A stretch of 64,000 nt of DNA, taken from Octopus sinensis. Taxonomy: Eukaryota. The stretch covers positions 1-64,000 of the forward strand of contig NW_021835977.1 in the NCBI RefSeq assembly GCF_006345805.1, in the 5' to 3' direction. Position 1 is the stretch's first letter; each line of letters opens with the position of its first letter. The notes beneath the pieces are model-generated. The model worked only from the letters and a program-made list of their open reading frames with translations. It searched no databases and was not told where the DNA came from. A program made the translations under genes and the position numbers. This document shows, one piece after another, positions 1-11,769 of the stretch.

Positions 1-80
1 ATATATGTATATATATACGCGCGTGTGTGTACGAATGTATACACACACAAACGCAAACGCGCGCGCGCACACACATATAT

Positions 81-303
81 ATTTCTTTACTACCCACAGG
101 GGGCTAAACATAGAGGGGACGAACAAAGACAGACAAACGGATTAAGTCGATTACATCGACTCCAGTGCGTAACTGGTACTTAATTTATCGACCCCGAAAG
201 GATGAAAAGCAAAGTCGACCTCGACGGAATTTGAACTCAGAACGTAACGGCAGAAGAAATACGGCTACGCATTTCGCCCGACGTGCTAACGTTTCTGCCA
301 GCT
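81..303 (-). mobile_element. SINE family A (tRNA-derived head with B box GAGTTCAAATTCC; core CCTTTCATCCTTTCGGGGTCGATAAATTAAGTACC resembling the Meta/MESC domain)
   Basis: Near full-length reverse copy; aligns by eye with 23152-23381 and more than 10 other copies in the window. Confidence 0.9.
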
Positions 304-537
304 AAACATGCACTCTCCCATGAACTCAACATTTCTTCAGTGTTATGCTTTGATAGAACCAGAAACGGCTTTGACGAAAGTAGAGATTCGTTTCCTTAGG
401 TCGTTCAAATTTTCTCAGTAGACTAAATTGAGTAAACCAACCTATCAGTAATGTACTTATAACATTACTGCTGGAAACAGTTGTAAGCCAAATTTGTTTC
501 AATACAGGGAAATATGTAATGACCGTTATTTTAAATT

Positions 538-600
<63 letters not shown>

Positions 601-771
601 GCGTGTGTGTTGTGTGTGTGTGTGTGCGTGTGACATAATATCATATGTCATATTATATTACAGATAAATTCCTCTATTTACGTAATATCGAGGTCTCAAT
701 CATTCTTCTGTTGTCATACTATTACTATTAATATATATTTATATATATATATATATACATACATATACTCG

Positions 772-1135
772 TTTATTTGTTTTGGTCATTTGCTGTGGTC
801 AAGCTGGAGCACCGCATTTAGACAAACAAATCGACCCCAGAACATATTCTTTGTGAGCCTAGCACTTATTCTATCTGTTTTGCTGAACCACTACTTACAG
901 TGTCGTAAACACATCAACATCCGTCTTCAAGCGATGGTGGGGTGGGGGGACTAAGACACTCACACAGAAATATATACATATATATACATATATACGACGG
1001 GCTTCTTTCAATTACCGTCTACCCAATGCACTCGGAACGATTTTGTCGGCCTAAAGTAGAAGACACTTGCCCAAGGTGCCATGCAATGGGACTGAACCCG
1101 GAACCATGTAATTGGGAAGCAAGCTTCTTTACATA
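772..1135 (-). mobile_element. SINE family B (CORE-like motif CACCTTGGGCAAGTGTC), decayed
   Basis: Reverse match to the 46044-46449 copy. Confidence 0.85.
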
Positions 1136-1150
1136 TATTTATCCAGTATA

Positions 1151-1286
1151 CGAGGTGTGTATGAAAAGTCTTGAGCCTCAATAAAAAAAAAACATGGTAC
1201 AAGACTTCTGATGAAGGTACTTGTACCGTCATCAGACTTCAAGTCTCAAAGGTCTTGAGGGCTCAAAACTTTTCATACACCCCTCA
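1151..1286. mobile_element. Tc1/mariner-type MITE, 136 bp
   Basis: Approx. 28-bp TIRs CGAGGTGTGTATGAAAAGTCTTGAGCC / GGGCTCAAAACTTTTCATACACCCCTCA, flanked by TA at 1149-1150 and 1287-1288. Confidence 0.85.
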
Positions 1287-1442
1287 TATATAAATATATA
1301 ACTGGTATCAAACTTAACAGTCTACCCTTGTATTCCACCCTTAGCTAGACTGTTCATGTCTATCATATGCAGTCCAGCTAAGTATGAAACTCGGAGTAGG
1401 TTGTCAATTTTGATATGATGGATATATATATATATATATATA

Positions 1443-1507
<65 letters not shown>

Positions 1508-2304
1508 CTATTCAGTCTACCTAAGGTTTTTAGTCTTTATCAAATAATAACTGCACTACGTATATTATATTTTTATGTAAATAACTTACAACTACTATTA
1601 TTACGTATATTATATATATATATATAATAGTTTATATATATATATATATATACATATATATATGGTAGTTTATATATATAAACGCATATATACGTTATAT
1701 ATGATCGGTATATCCCATACAAACATCAATTTATGTGTGTTTGTATGTGCGTGTGTGTGTATGTGTGTGTATACATACATCTATATATAATTGTACTTTT
1801 TAAGATTTTTGTTCTTTTCTATATAGATTTGTTCGATTGTGTGTATGTTTGTTTGCTTTATTGCTTGTTTTGATATAAATTCTCATTATTTTTACATTAT
1901 TTTTAAGAAGACACTGTTAGCATACACCGTTATCATTTCCTCCCTTTGAAACGTCCATTTTTTTTTTTTTTTTCATCTATTTATCTCTGAAGCACATACA
2001 GAAACACACAAACACACAAACACACATACACACTCACACACTCACACAGAACAAACAAAGACACAGAGACACAAGCCCACATACACTACAGAATAGGTTG
2101 AATTGAATAAGGAAACAAAACTTCTGGAAAACGATCTATATTTTTGATAAATTTAATGAACTATTTTTGTTGTAAATTGAAAAATTCTATTTCAATATAT
2201 TCTCTTTATTTCATTTTAACTTTACAAAATAACATTAAAAGAAAGAAATTCTCACAAATAAACAACAATGCCAGCGCACCCATGGACATATGCAGCTGTA
2301 TAAC

Positions 2305-2347
<43 letters not shown>

Positions 2348-2608
2348 TATTATATATTTATTATATATATATATATATATATGTATATATGTTATAGCGT
2401 ATGTATACATATGCATTTATTTGTATGTACTTTCCCCACATACACACATACACACACGTATACATATACATACAACACATGTTCAGTCATTCTTTTATTA
2501 GTTCTAGATGCTTCTATTTCCATAATAAACTTACTCCATTGTAGCATTTGTTAAATCAAAAGAAACTCACACGCTTAAGCACACGCACTCACACATACAT
2601 TAACGTAT

Positions 2609-2657
<49 letters not shown>

Positions 2658-2844
2658 CACACACTGATACATAAACACATATTCATACATGCCTGTATGA
2701 AAGTACGAATGTGTGTATGTACTTATGTATATACACATATATATATATATATACATATATGTATGTATATATATATATATATATCTATATATAAGTACAT
2801 ATATATATATATATATGTGTGTCTCTGTATATACACATACACAA

Positions 2845-2914
<70 letters not shown>

Positions 2915-3059
2915 CATACATATACGTATTATACACTCTTACACTCGTACGAAGAGTCACACACACTCACACATATACACACATATATTCACAAGAATAC
3001 CAAAACATTCCCCTTGCATGTTCTTTATTCCATTTCCTCTTTTTCCTTATCAAAACTTA

Positions 3060-3150
<91 letters not shown>

Positions 3151-3771
3151 TGTGTGTATACATATACGTACGTACACGCACTCACACACGCTCACACACG
3201 CACACCCACACACGCATTACGCATTAGTTTTTCTTCTCTTTAGTTCCTATTCACGAAAATAATGCTCTTTGCTTGATGATCTTAATGATATTAACAATGA
3301 TGGTTGAGGGGAAAATGAGATGAGGAGGGAGCGTGATCCTGTTTGTGAGTGTGGTGGTGGTGATGCTGACAATGACGGTGCTAATAATACAGTTAACAAT
3401 AATGATGGGCAGGATTCTCATCATCGTCGTCGTCATCGTCATCGTCATCACCATCATCATCACCGTCATCAACATCATCATTATCATCATTATCACCACC
3501 AACACAACCACCACCACCACGACCATCGCCGTCGATGTCGTCGTCATCATCATCATCATCATCATCATCATCGTCTTCATCATCATTACCAGCTTCATTA
3601 TCATAATCATCGTCGTGTTGATACAGATGAATCTCAAGAGAAAATTCTGGATTCCTGTTTTAAGCAGAATTATTACAGAAGGTTATTGTCTGAGAAGAAC
3701 GATGCCGGCATGTTTCAAGAATGCATATATAAACAAGCATATGCATACAAAAGTACATACACACTCACACA

Positions 3772-3825
<54 letters not shown>

Positions 3826-4022
3826 CAGACATGCATACATATATATAATGGTACAAAGATACATATAAGCACGTATAGACAGTCATACATATACATACAC
3901 ACATACGCATATACATAAATACATATGTATGCATGCATATATACAGAGAGAGAGAGAGAGAGATAAAGAGAAAGAGTGAAAGAAAGAAAGAAAGAAAGAA
4001 AGAAAGAAGAAAGGAAGACAGT

Positions 4023-4077
<55 letters not shown>

Positions 4078-4513
4078 GGGACTGAGAGAAAGGAAGAATA
4101 TATGAGAACGAAGGTAGACATATTTCTATACAGAAGTGACCAGCAACAACTAATAATAATAATAATAATAAATAAAGACACACAAATAGGAGATAAAGAG
4201 CTAATTATTAAAATTATCGATAACAAAACGGGAAGATTTGTTTTTTTTCTTTTCAGTTGCTATTGCTAATATTGACGTTGCTATCGTTATCATAGTCGTT
4301 GTCACCGTCGTCTTCGTCACTGCCGTCACCACCACCACCACCACCATCAGCAGCACCACCATCATCATCATCATCATCAACATCATCTTCAACATGGCCG
4401 TCGTCGTCGTTGTTGCTATTATTAAAATTATTATTATTGTTACCATTATCATTATTAATATTCTTAGTATTATTTTTGTAATCATCATCATCATCATCAC
4501 CACCATCATCACC

Positions 4514-4545
<32 letters not shown>

Positions 4546-4585
4546 CATCAACATCATCATCATCATCATCATCATCATCACTATC

Positions 4586-4637
<52 letters not shown>

Positions 4638-4674
4638 ACATCATTTTCAGCATCGCCGTCGTCGTCGTTGTTGC

Positions 4675-4723
<49 letters not shown>

Positions 4724-4728
4724 TTATT

Positions 4729-4935
4729 AAGGCGGTGAGCTGGTAGAATCGTTAGTACACTGGATGAAATGCTTAGCAGTATTTTGTCACCCGTTAGGTT
4801 TTGAGTTTGAATCCGCCGAGGTCGACTTTGTTTTCCATCATTTCGGGATCGATAAAATTAGTACCAGTTACGTGCTGGGGTCGATGTAGTCGACTAACCC
4901 GTTTCTCTAAAACTGCTGGCTTTGTGTCAAAGCTT
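4729..4935 (+). mobile_element. SINE family A
   Basis: GGCGGTGAGCTGGTAGAATCGTTAG head plus Meta-like core. Confidence 0.85.
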
Positions 4936-5599
4936 CATTATTGAACTATTAATATTGTCATCATTATTATTAGAAAATGGTAGTGGAAAGTGTTCTTCGT
5001 GGTTGTGGTGCTGGTGATGTACTTGTTGTTAATATTGCTGTTGTTTATAAGCTTATGTGTATGTGAGTTTCTTTATTAACAACTAGAAATGTATGCGAAT
5101 TGCAAGATATTTTTCATTAATCTATAAACATTCTTTCATTGCATTTCATGAAAGAAACAGTGGCGAAAAAAATATCTCTCACAAAAATAATAACATAAAT
5201 AAAACCATGAAAAACAGTTCAGAAAACGCAAATTCAAACTAACTGAAAACATTTGTTTTTCTATAATTCCGCTTTGTTTCTGTCTGAATATTATATTTTA
5301 AATGAATGCTTCTGTAGCCAGACAAAAGGTTATTTATACTGCAGTATTTACGTTTCTCAAGAAGTGTTTAACCCTGTTTGCTTTTTTTATATTTGCTTTG
5401 TGAAATAAAAGTTCTTTAGGGGGTTATAAACTGATTGTCCTGACTTGGTTCGTAAGGACCTATATATGCACTGAAAAGTAAGTGGGATATTTGTTAAGGA
5501 ATTAAGTTTTACGTGCTTCTTCAATGTGGTGCAGACTTATAATCATGAATATTGCAAATTTCTGCCTGTAGAAATTCAGGAAAAAGGATATATGTTGCA

Positions 5600-6040
5600 T
5601 TACCCTAACTGTTCGACCACGCATCTTTATAAACGTCCAATAAGACTAATCTGAGGGAGATATTTTCCCCGCAATCCTAACGTGCCTAATCAGTGGTTAA
5701 ACAAAGGCTAACTTCTGGGCCTGCCACCAAGCAAGGTTCTGCTCTGCATCTGATGGAATTGCGAGGAAATAATTCAGTGCGAATTCGTACCAGATGGTAA
5801 AACCATCGATGCCAATCTGTGCTCCAAACAGCTGGAGCAGATATATGCCGTTGGGCGGCAAGACAGCCGACATTGGTTAACTGAAAGAGAGATCTTCTAC
5901 AGCAAGAAAACGCAAGATCTCATACCACTCGAACGAATTGGAATAAACTCCAGAAACTTGAAATCGAATGATGCTACTGTCAGCTCTCTCTGATTATTAC
6001 TCGTTCCGATCCATGACTCACCTCCTCGCAAATTTTTTTT
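5600..6040 (+). pseudogene. mariner transposase DDE-domain relic
   Basis: Manual translation gives KVLLCI*WNCEEIIQCEFVPDGKTIDANLCSKQLE...LLQQENARSHT...SDYYSFRSM, matching mariner motifs (WW, QDNARPH, SDYHLFRSM) with stops and frameshifts. Confidence 0.85.
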
Positions 6041-6046
6041 CCGATG

Positions 6047-6116
6047 GCCGGATAACTGTAGAGATGGCGGCGTGGATTTCCACCCCGGCATCCGAAACAC
6101 GGAGTTTTATCATGGC
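6047..6116 (+). ncRNA. minimal type-I hammerhead ribozyme motif, core-mutated (CUGUAGA); PLE pLTR remnant
   Basis: GCCGGAUAA-CUGUAGA-GAUGGCGG..CCGGCAUC-C-GAAAC-ACGGA-GUU-UUAUCAUGGC; homologous to 19688-19757. Confidence 0.65.
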
Positions 6117-6232
6117 TACCGAATAATTGCCACATATTACTTATATATATATATATATATGTATATGTGCTATTAAGTTAAACATGGCCTGGGCCAATAC
6201 TGGCCAAAACCTTTCTAAGTTAATCTAAGTTA

Positions 6233-6398
6233 TATACGACGGGCTTCTTTTAGAATCTGTCTACCAAATCCACTCACAAGGTTTGGTCGACCCTAGGCTA
6301 TAGTAGAAGACCCTTGCCCAAGGTGTCATACAGTGGAACTGAACCCGGAACCATTTGATCGGGAATTGAGCTTCTTACCATTATGCCACGCCTGTGCC
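6233..6398 (-). mobile_element. SINE family B, 5' half
   Basis: Reverse match to family B head and CORE-like motif. Confidence 0.85.
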
Positions 6399-6446
6399 TA
6401 TATGATATGCATATACATACATGGCAGTAGAGTATGTTTGTACGTT

Positions 6447-6478
<32 letters not shown>

Positions 6479-6876
6479 ATATATATATTATATATATATA
6501 TATACATATATATACATATATACAGTCATATATACATACATACACACACACACGCACACTCGCTAACAAGTGTTAAAGTAACCATATAATTAAGAATGTA
6601 TATTCATACAAAAATATTCAGAATATTACATATATAAATATAAATCTATGCTTCTTTATACTATGTAATTAAATATCTATGCATAAATCTATACATTTAT
6701 ACATACACATGATTAAGTACATAATACGTATACACATACATAATATATATTTATGAAATTTCTTTTAGGATCTTGTGCATGTATATATATATATATATAT
6801 ATACTCACGCCCACACATGTTTACGTATGTATATTATTTAGTATTGTCTTTCTATACATACGTACACACACATACA

Positions 6877-6937
<61 letters not shown>

Positions 6938-7057
6938 GCAACCATACGAATATATATATACATACATGTAATATCTGAATGACGGAATATGCCTGCATGT
7001 TTTGTGTGTGCATGTAAGTGTATGCGTATGTGTATACATATATACATACATACATAT

Positions 7058-7134
<77 letters not shown>

Positions 7135-7155
7135 AGCATATATATATATGTATAT

Positions 7156-7209
<54 letters not shown>

Positions 7210-7600
7210 TATATGTGAGATGTTTGTGTGTATGGATGTGTGTATGGATGTATGAATATATGTGTGTGTTATTGTGTGTGTGTGCGGTGTTTGAGTACAT
7301 ACGTGAGCGTTCATATATATTTATGAGTTTGCGTACATATGTGAATATATGTATAGATTATATGTAAGAACACATATAAATACGTATGTAAGAACTAATT
7401 ATTCCGATAAGCCATAATATGTTGATGGTCTTAGACGAATGAATGATTAAATATGCAGTGCTCTCGCCCCTTCTTTTTTCTCGTAATTTAATAGTTTCAG
7501 TATTTTCCATATCGGGAATGACTTCCAGATTTCATATCTAGCATTTACTGGCGCAGCTTCCTAAACCATCCATGAAAACGGCACTTTAATGGAAACGTAC

Positions 7601-7652
7601 CTCCAATAGCCGACCAACAAAAGCAGACGAAGAAAACGAAAATGACACCCAT
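7601..7652 (-). CDS. candidate first coding exon encoding a signal peptide (MGVIFVFFVCFCWSAIG), phase-1 intron follows
   Basis: ATG at 7652-7650, 17 codons with a hydrophobic core and small-residue end, then GAG|GTACGT donor at 7600-7595, all in unique non-repeat sequence. Confidence 0.55.
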
Positions 7653-7884
7653 CAAAACGGATTGAAGAATATTAATTTCAAACTAGAATCAGAAGCAAAA
7701 ACAAGAAAATTCAGCAGAAATATTATCAATCTCTTTCTTTGATTTTAAACAATTTTTACCAAATGTCAACATTAGTAGGAATAAAAACAACCTCAAAATA
7801 AATAAATAAAAAATTAAAAGGAATAATTAAATTTAAAAAAAAAAATTAAAAATCATTGTACCCTAGCACGGCCAAAGTTCAATC

Positions 7885-8053
7885 GACTGAGAGTAGCGAA
7901 ACAAAAATGAAAGAAATGAAGCCATGCAGAGATTTTACTCCTTAAAAATATGACGTCATTATATGGCGGGTTATACGACGGCGCTTCTAGTTTTTCCCTC
8001 CTTAGCTTGATTCGTGCGTATTTCCTTCACGTCACACTTTTCATGTATCAGTT
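7885..8053. promoter_or_regulatory. candidate core promoter: palindromic CRE TGACGTCA (7951-7958), CACGTCA (8028-8034), Inr-like TCAGTC on - (7890-7885) and TCAGTT on + (8048-8053)
   Basis: Motif matches in a locally CpG-richer unique stretch upstream of the signal-peptide exon. Confidence 0.35.
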
Positions 8054-8749
8054 GTCAGATCACCAATGTACGACGAAAGTCTTTGGTGCTTAGATCCTTA
8101 ATCGTACGTGCATGTGTTTGTGTATGTGTGAGTGTATATAAATACATATATATATATATATTATATAATATATATATATATATATACGCACAGGCACAAG
8201 CACACGAACACAGACTCACACACACACACCATTAAGACTAAATTATTAATAGTAATGTGTTTCACCTTAAATTTGATATCATTTTACGAAAGAGAAGTGT
8301 TAAGGCACTAAAAACAGCTAACAATAAAGAGAAATAAATTGAAATTCTTTGCTTAATGGCAAATAAAAATTTACAAAAATTGCTTTTGGGATTATTTTTG
8401 AAAATCGGACTTTACAAATTCAATCATAATATCGCCTCTGTTACTTGGTACATGAATTTGCAGGAAGGATCCATATATTAATGTACAGGGAAAACAAAAA
8501 GCATAAGTTACTATTCTGCAATATCTTCTCTTGGTTGCAGGGCTAGAATATAATGCTAATTAAGTCTTGTTATGTGGGCTATCATTTGAGTTAAATTGAA
8601 GGTACAATACATTAATGGCGGTAGATGGGACGCTTGGTATTTCATATATTTTACTGTAGAGGTCCTTAGTTTCACTGCGAGTGTATAATCTTAGCTATGC
8701 CCTAATCTTGATGTCGAAAATATGGAACATATTCAAATCCTCCACTTTA

Positions 8750-9110
8750 CTGCAGGCGGGCTGTGTGGAAAGGTGGTTGCTTCCCATAAACATGGTTCTG
8801 GGTTTAGTCTATTGCGTGGCACCTTGCACAAGTGACGTCTACAACAAAGCCTTGTGAGTGAATTTGGTAGACGAAAACTTAATGAAATCCGGCGTGTATA
8901 CACGTATCGAGGGATGTGTTTCTGTATCTGTGTTTGTCCTCTCACCACAACTTGACCAGTGTTGGTGTATTTATTTCCCTGTAAATGACCGATAGAATAG
9001 TACCACCCTTAGAAGTGTCCAGGGGGGCCAATATTTGCACTATATCCCTTCAAGGTGGTGATCCAACATTGCCACAATCAAATGACGGAAACAAGTAAAA
9101 GATAAAAGAT
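8750..9110 (+). mobile_element. SINE family B, decayed
   Basis: Head, CACCTTGCACAAGTG core and ...AAATGACGGAAACAAGTAAAAG tail. Confidence 0.8.
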
Positions 9111-9542
9111 ATATACAAACATGTACAACACACGCACGCGCGCGCATACACACATACACGGGGACACATCTTTATAAAGTAAAATAGAATTGAGCAGGGA
9201 GCACAAGGGTTCCGAAGATTTGCTTTGGAAGGAGGAATTAAGAATTCACCTTTTATGTATTGGTTTTCCTATTAATTGGTAAGTCGATACTAAAGGCTCA
9301 TTGCTTGAAAAGTAGGGCAAAGAAATGGTCTAAAGAAGCGAAAGAGACGTAGTCTAGTTTGTAAAGCAAAATTTAAAGTGACATATGGATTTATTCTTTG
9401 TTCAAATATTAGTTTTACAAGAAAATTTAATTAAATATAGAATATATGAAGCCAAAACTCTTTTTGTAGTTGAAAGTAATCCGTTTCAGATATAAGGCTA
9501 GCCTTTATGTGTGTGTATTTGTGTATAAGTATATACTTACGT

Positions 9543-9849
9543 GTGGAGGCGCAATGGCCTTGTGGTTAGGGCAGCGGACTCGCGGTCGTAGGATCGCGGT
9601 TTCGATTCCCATACCGGGCGTTGTGAGTGTTTATTGAGCGAAAACACCCAAGGCTCCACGAGGCTCCGGCAGGGGGTGGTGGTGATCCCTGCTGTACTCT
9701 TTCGCCACAACTTTCACTCTTTCTTCTGTTGGCCTGCCCGCTTAGCCAGCGGGGTGGCGTCATTTGAAGGCTAAAACAATGCGAAGCGCATTGTGACCAG
9801 CGATGTGTAACAACATCTGATAGCCTGGTCGGTCGCTGTGATCGCGGTG
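9543..9849 (+). mobile_element. SINE family C (tRNA-like head), tail type 1, with 12-bp TSD
   Basis: A box TGGCCTTGTGG (9555-9565), B box GTTTCGATTCC (9599-9609); TSD ATATACTTACGT at 9531-9542 and 9850-9861. Confidence 0.92.
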
Positions 9850-10011
9850 ATATACTTACGTATGAATATATACAGATAGATAGAGAGAGAAAGATATGCA
9901 TTGTCATAGCATTAGTCTTCGAACAATTGCTGATGTTGTTCGAATCTCTGCATCCATTACATATATACAAAGTTACTTTCACATTCGCTGATATTATTTT
10001 GGATCAATGTA

Positions 10012-10210
10012 GGTTCTGAGCGAGCAGAATCGTTGCCTCGTCGGACAGAATGGTTTGTACTGTTTGTTCCGGATCCTTACTTTCTGAGTTCAAATGCTTC
10101 CGAGGTTGACTTTACCTTTCATTTTTTCAAAATCAATAAAATAAGTACCCGCTGAGCACGACTTCTCTCTCGCTTTCAAAATGACTGGCCTTGAACTAAA
10201 GTTAGAAAGA
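10012..10210 (+). mobile_element. SINE family A, degenerate
   Basis: GAGTTCAAATGCTTCCGAGGTTGACTTTACCTTTCAT...AAGTACC. Confidence 0.7.
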
Positions 10211-10474
10211 ATTATTCAGTATTAATGGTTTCTGATTTAAGAACAAGACCAGCAATTTTTAGTGGAGGATGTTAATTGACACCATTACCCTCCACCACCC
10301 TCCACCATTACATCATCACAGAGTGCTAATTTATTTTTCTCTATACTGTAAGAATGAAAGGCAAATTCGATTGCGGCTGAGATTGAATTCAGAATGTAAG
10401 AATCAGAAAAAAAATACCGTGAGGCACTCTGTACTGACATTTCATCAAATTCTAATAATCAATTCTAATAATAT

Positions 10475-10776
10475 GTTTGTTCCTTCTCAGCCATGCATGG
10501 CTCATAAGGGCCGGTTTCCCGGTTTCTTTGGCGTATAGGTTCTCCGCCTCGATGGGACGCCGGTCCGTCGCAGGTGAGTTGCAAGATGCAGGAAGAAAGA
10601 GAGAGAGAAAGTTGTGGCGAAAGAGTCAGCAGAAGTTCGCCAATACTTTCTGCCGGAGCCGCGTGGAGCTTAGGTATTTCACTCATAAACACACACATAG
10701 CCCGATCTGAGATTCGAATTCGCGATCCCTCAACCGCGAGTCCGCTACTCTAACCACTAGGCCATGTGCCTCCACA
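10475..10776 (-). mobile_element. SINE family C, tail type 3
   Basis: Same head and core as 9543-9849 but a different 3' part (CCTGCGACGGACCGGCGTCCC...GAAACCGGGAAACCGGCCC). Confidence 0.85.
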
Positions 10777-10932
10777 TTGTAATAATAAACATTACTATAA
10801 AATTCACATCTCAAATATCTATAGCATGATGTATTTTTATAGTTCATGCCATTCCTCAAATAAGTATGATCAATGGCATTCTCTGTCTCACAATCCTGCC
10901 ATTGTTTCTTTCTCTTTTACGTATTTTTTCTT

Positions 10933-11166
10933 TGCAGCGTGGAAGGTGTTGGTAAGCCATTTAAGAAACACACAAAAGCCGTTCGATTCACTTCAACACT
11001 TAAGTTTAATTTGTCAAAATATTTTCGTCGCTATAAGACCGCGATGTGTTCACTGATGCGGTCTTATAGCGACGAAATATTTTGACAAATTAAACTTAAA
11101 TGTTGAAGTGAATCAAACGGCTTTTGTGTGTTTCTTAAATGGCTTACAAACACCTTCCACGCTGCA
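10933..11166. repeat. long inverted repeat: approx. 110-bp arms, 15-nt loop, about 4 differences; PLE pLTR-like fold-back
   Basis: Arm 10933-11042 is the reverse complement of 11058-11166; the right arm continues into sequence also present at 16445-16605. Confidence 0.9.
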
Positions 11167-11329
11167 ATTGTTTTCGTTCCAGCACACGATCTCAGATCAA
11201 ATCACTTGCTATGCAAGTACATCTCCGTAATATTTTTTCTTTCAGACAACGTTATTCAATATAGCCTTTACTGTTGTTAGTTCAACACACAGTCTTTTCA
11301 GAAACATTTTACTGCTGATTTTTTTTCTA

Positions 11330-11640
11330 TTTTGTATAGGCTGTGCGACCGTGTAGACACGTCTTTTCTGACGCAAACGTTTCGATTAAATGTTAGGGAA
11401 GATATCTACCCACTTCTTGCTTGTTGTATCAACACCCACGTTGTGGATGCGCGACGAAAGTCATTTTAATCTTCCAATCTTTTAGCATCAATCAGTATTT
11501 GCACTGTAGCCTCTAATGCGAAGGATGACCACTTATCATGCTGTAACCGTTGCTTTTTACAATGGAATTGAGATGACATCTCCAAGACACCCAGCTTGGA
11601 TATCAGAATCCTCTTTTTAGTCTCATAGTGTGGTCAAAAT
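11330..11640 (-). pseudogene. possible pogo/Tc1-type transposase relic
   Basis: Weak motifs (ISGHPSH...) only; heavily decayed. Confidence 0.25.
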
Positions 11641-11769
11641 AAATATATAGAGCTGCTCTATAATTGGTAACAGTTTGAGTGAGGGGTTTATTAAAAGAAT
11701 GCAGAGACTAATACTAGACACTATTAGAGACTCCAGTCCGGATTTATAAAAATGTTTACTGATTAGTTG

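Noticed and set aside
3320-3868. 182-aa His/Arg-rich ORF
   Set aside because: It is a translation of (CAT)n/(CGT)n and (CA)n microsatellites, open in several frames, with no splice or domain evidence
9543-9620. tRNA gene call for SINE C heads
   Set aside because: No acceptor stem; continues into a SINE body and is flanked by a TSD
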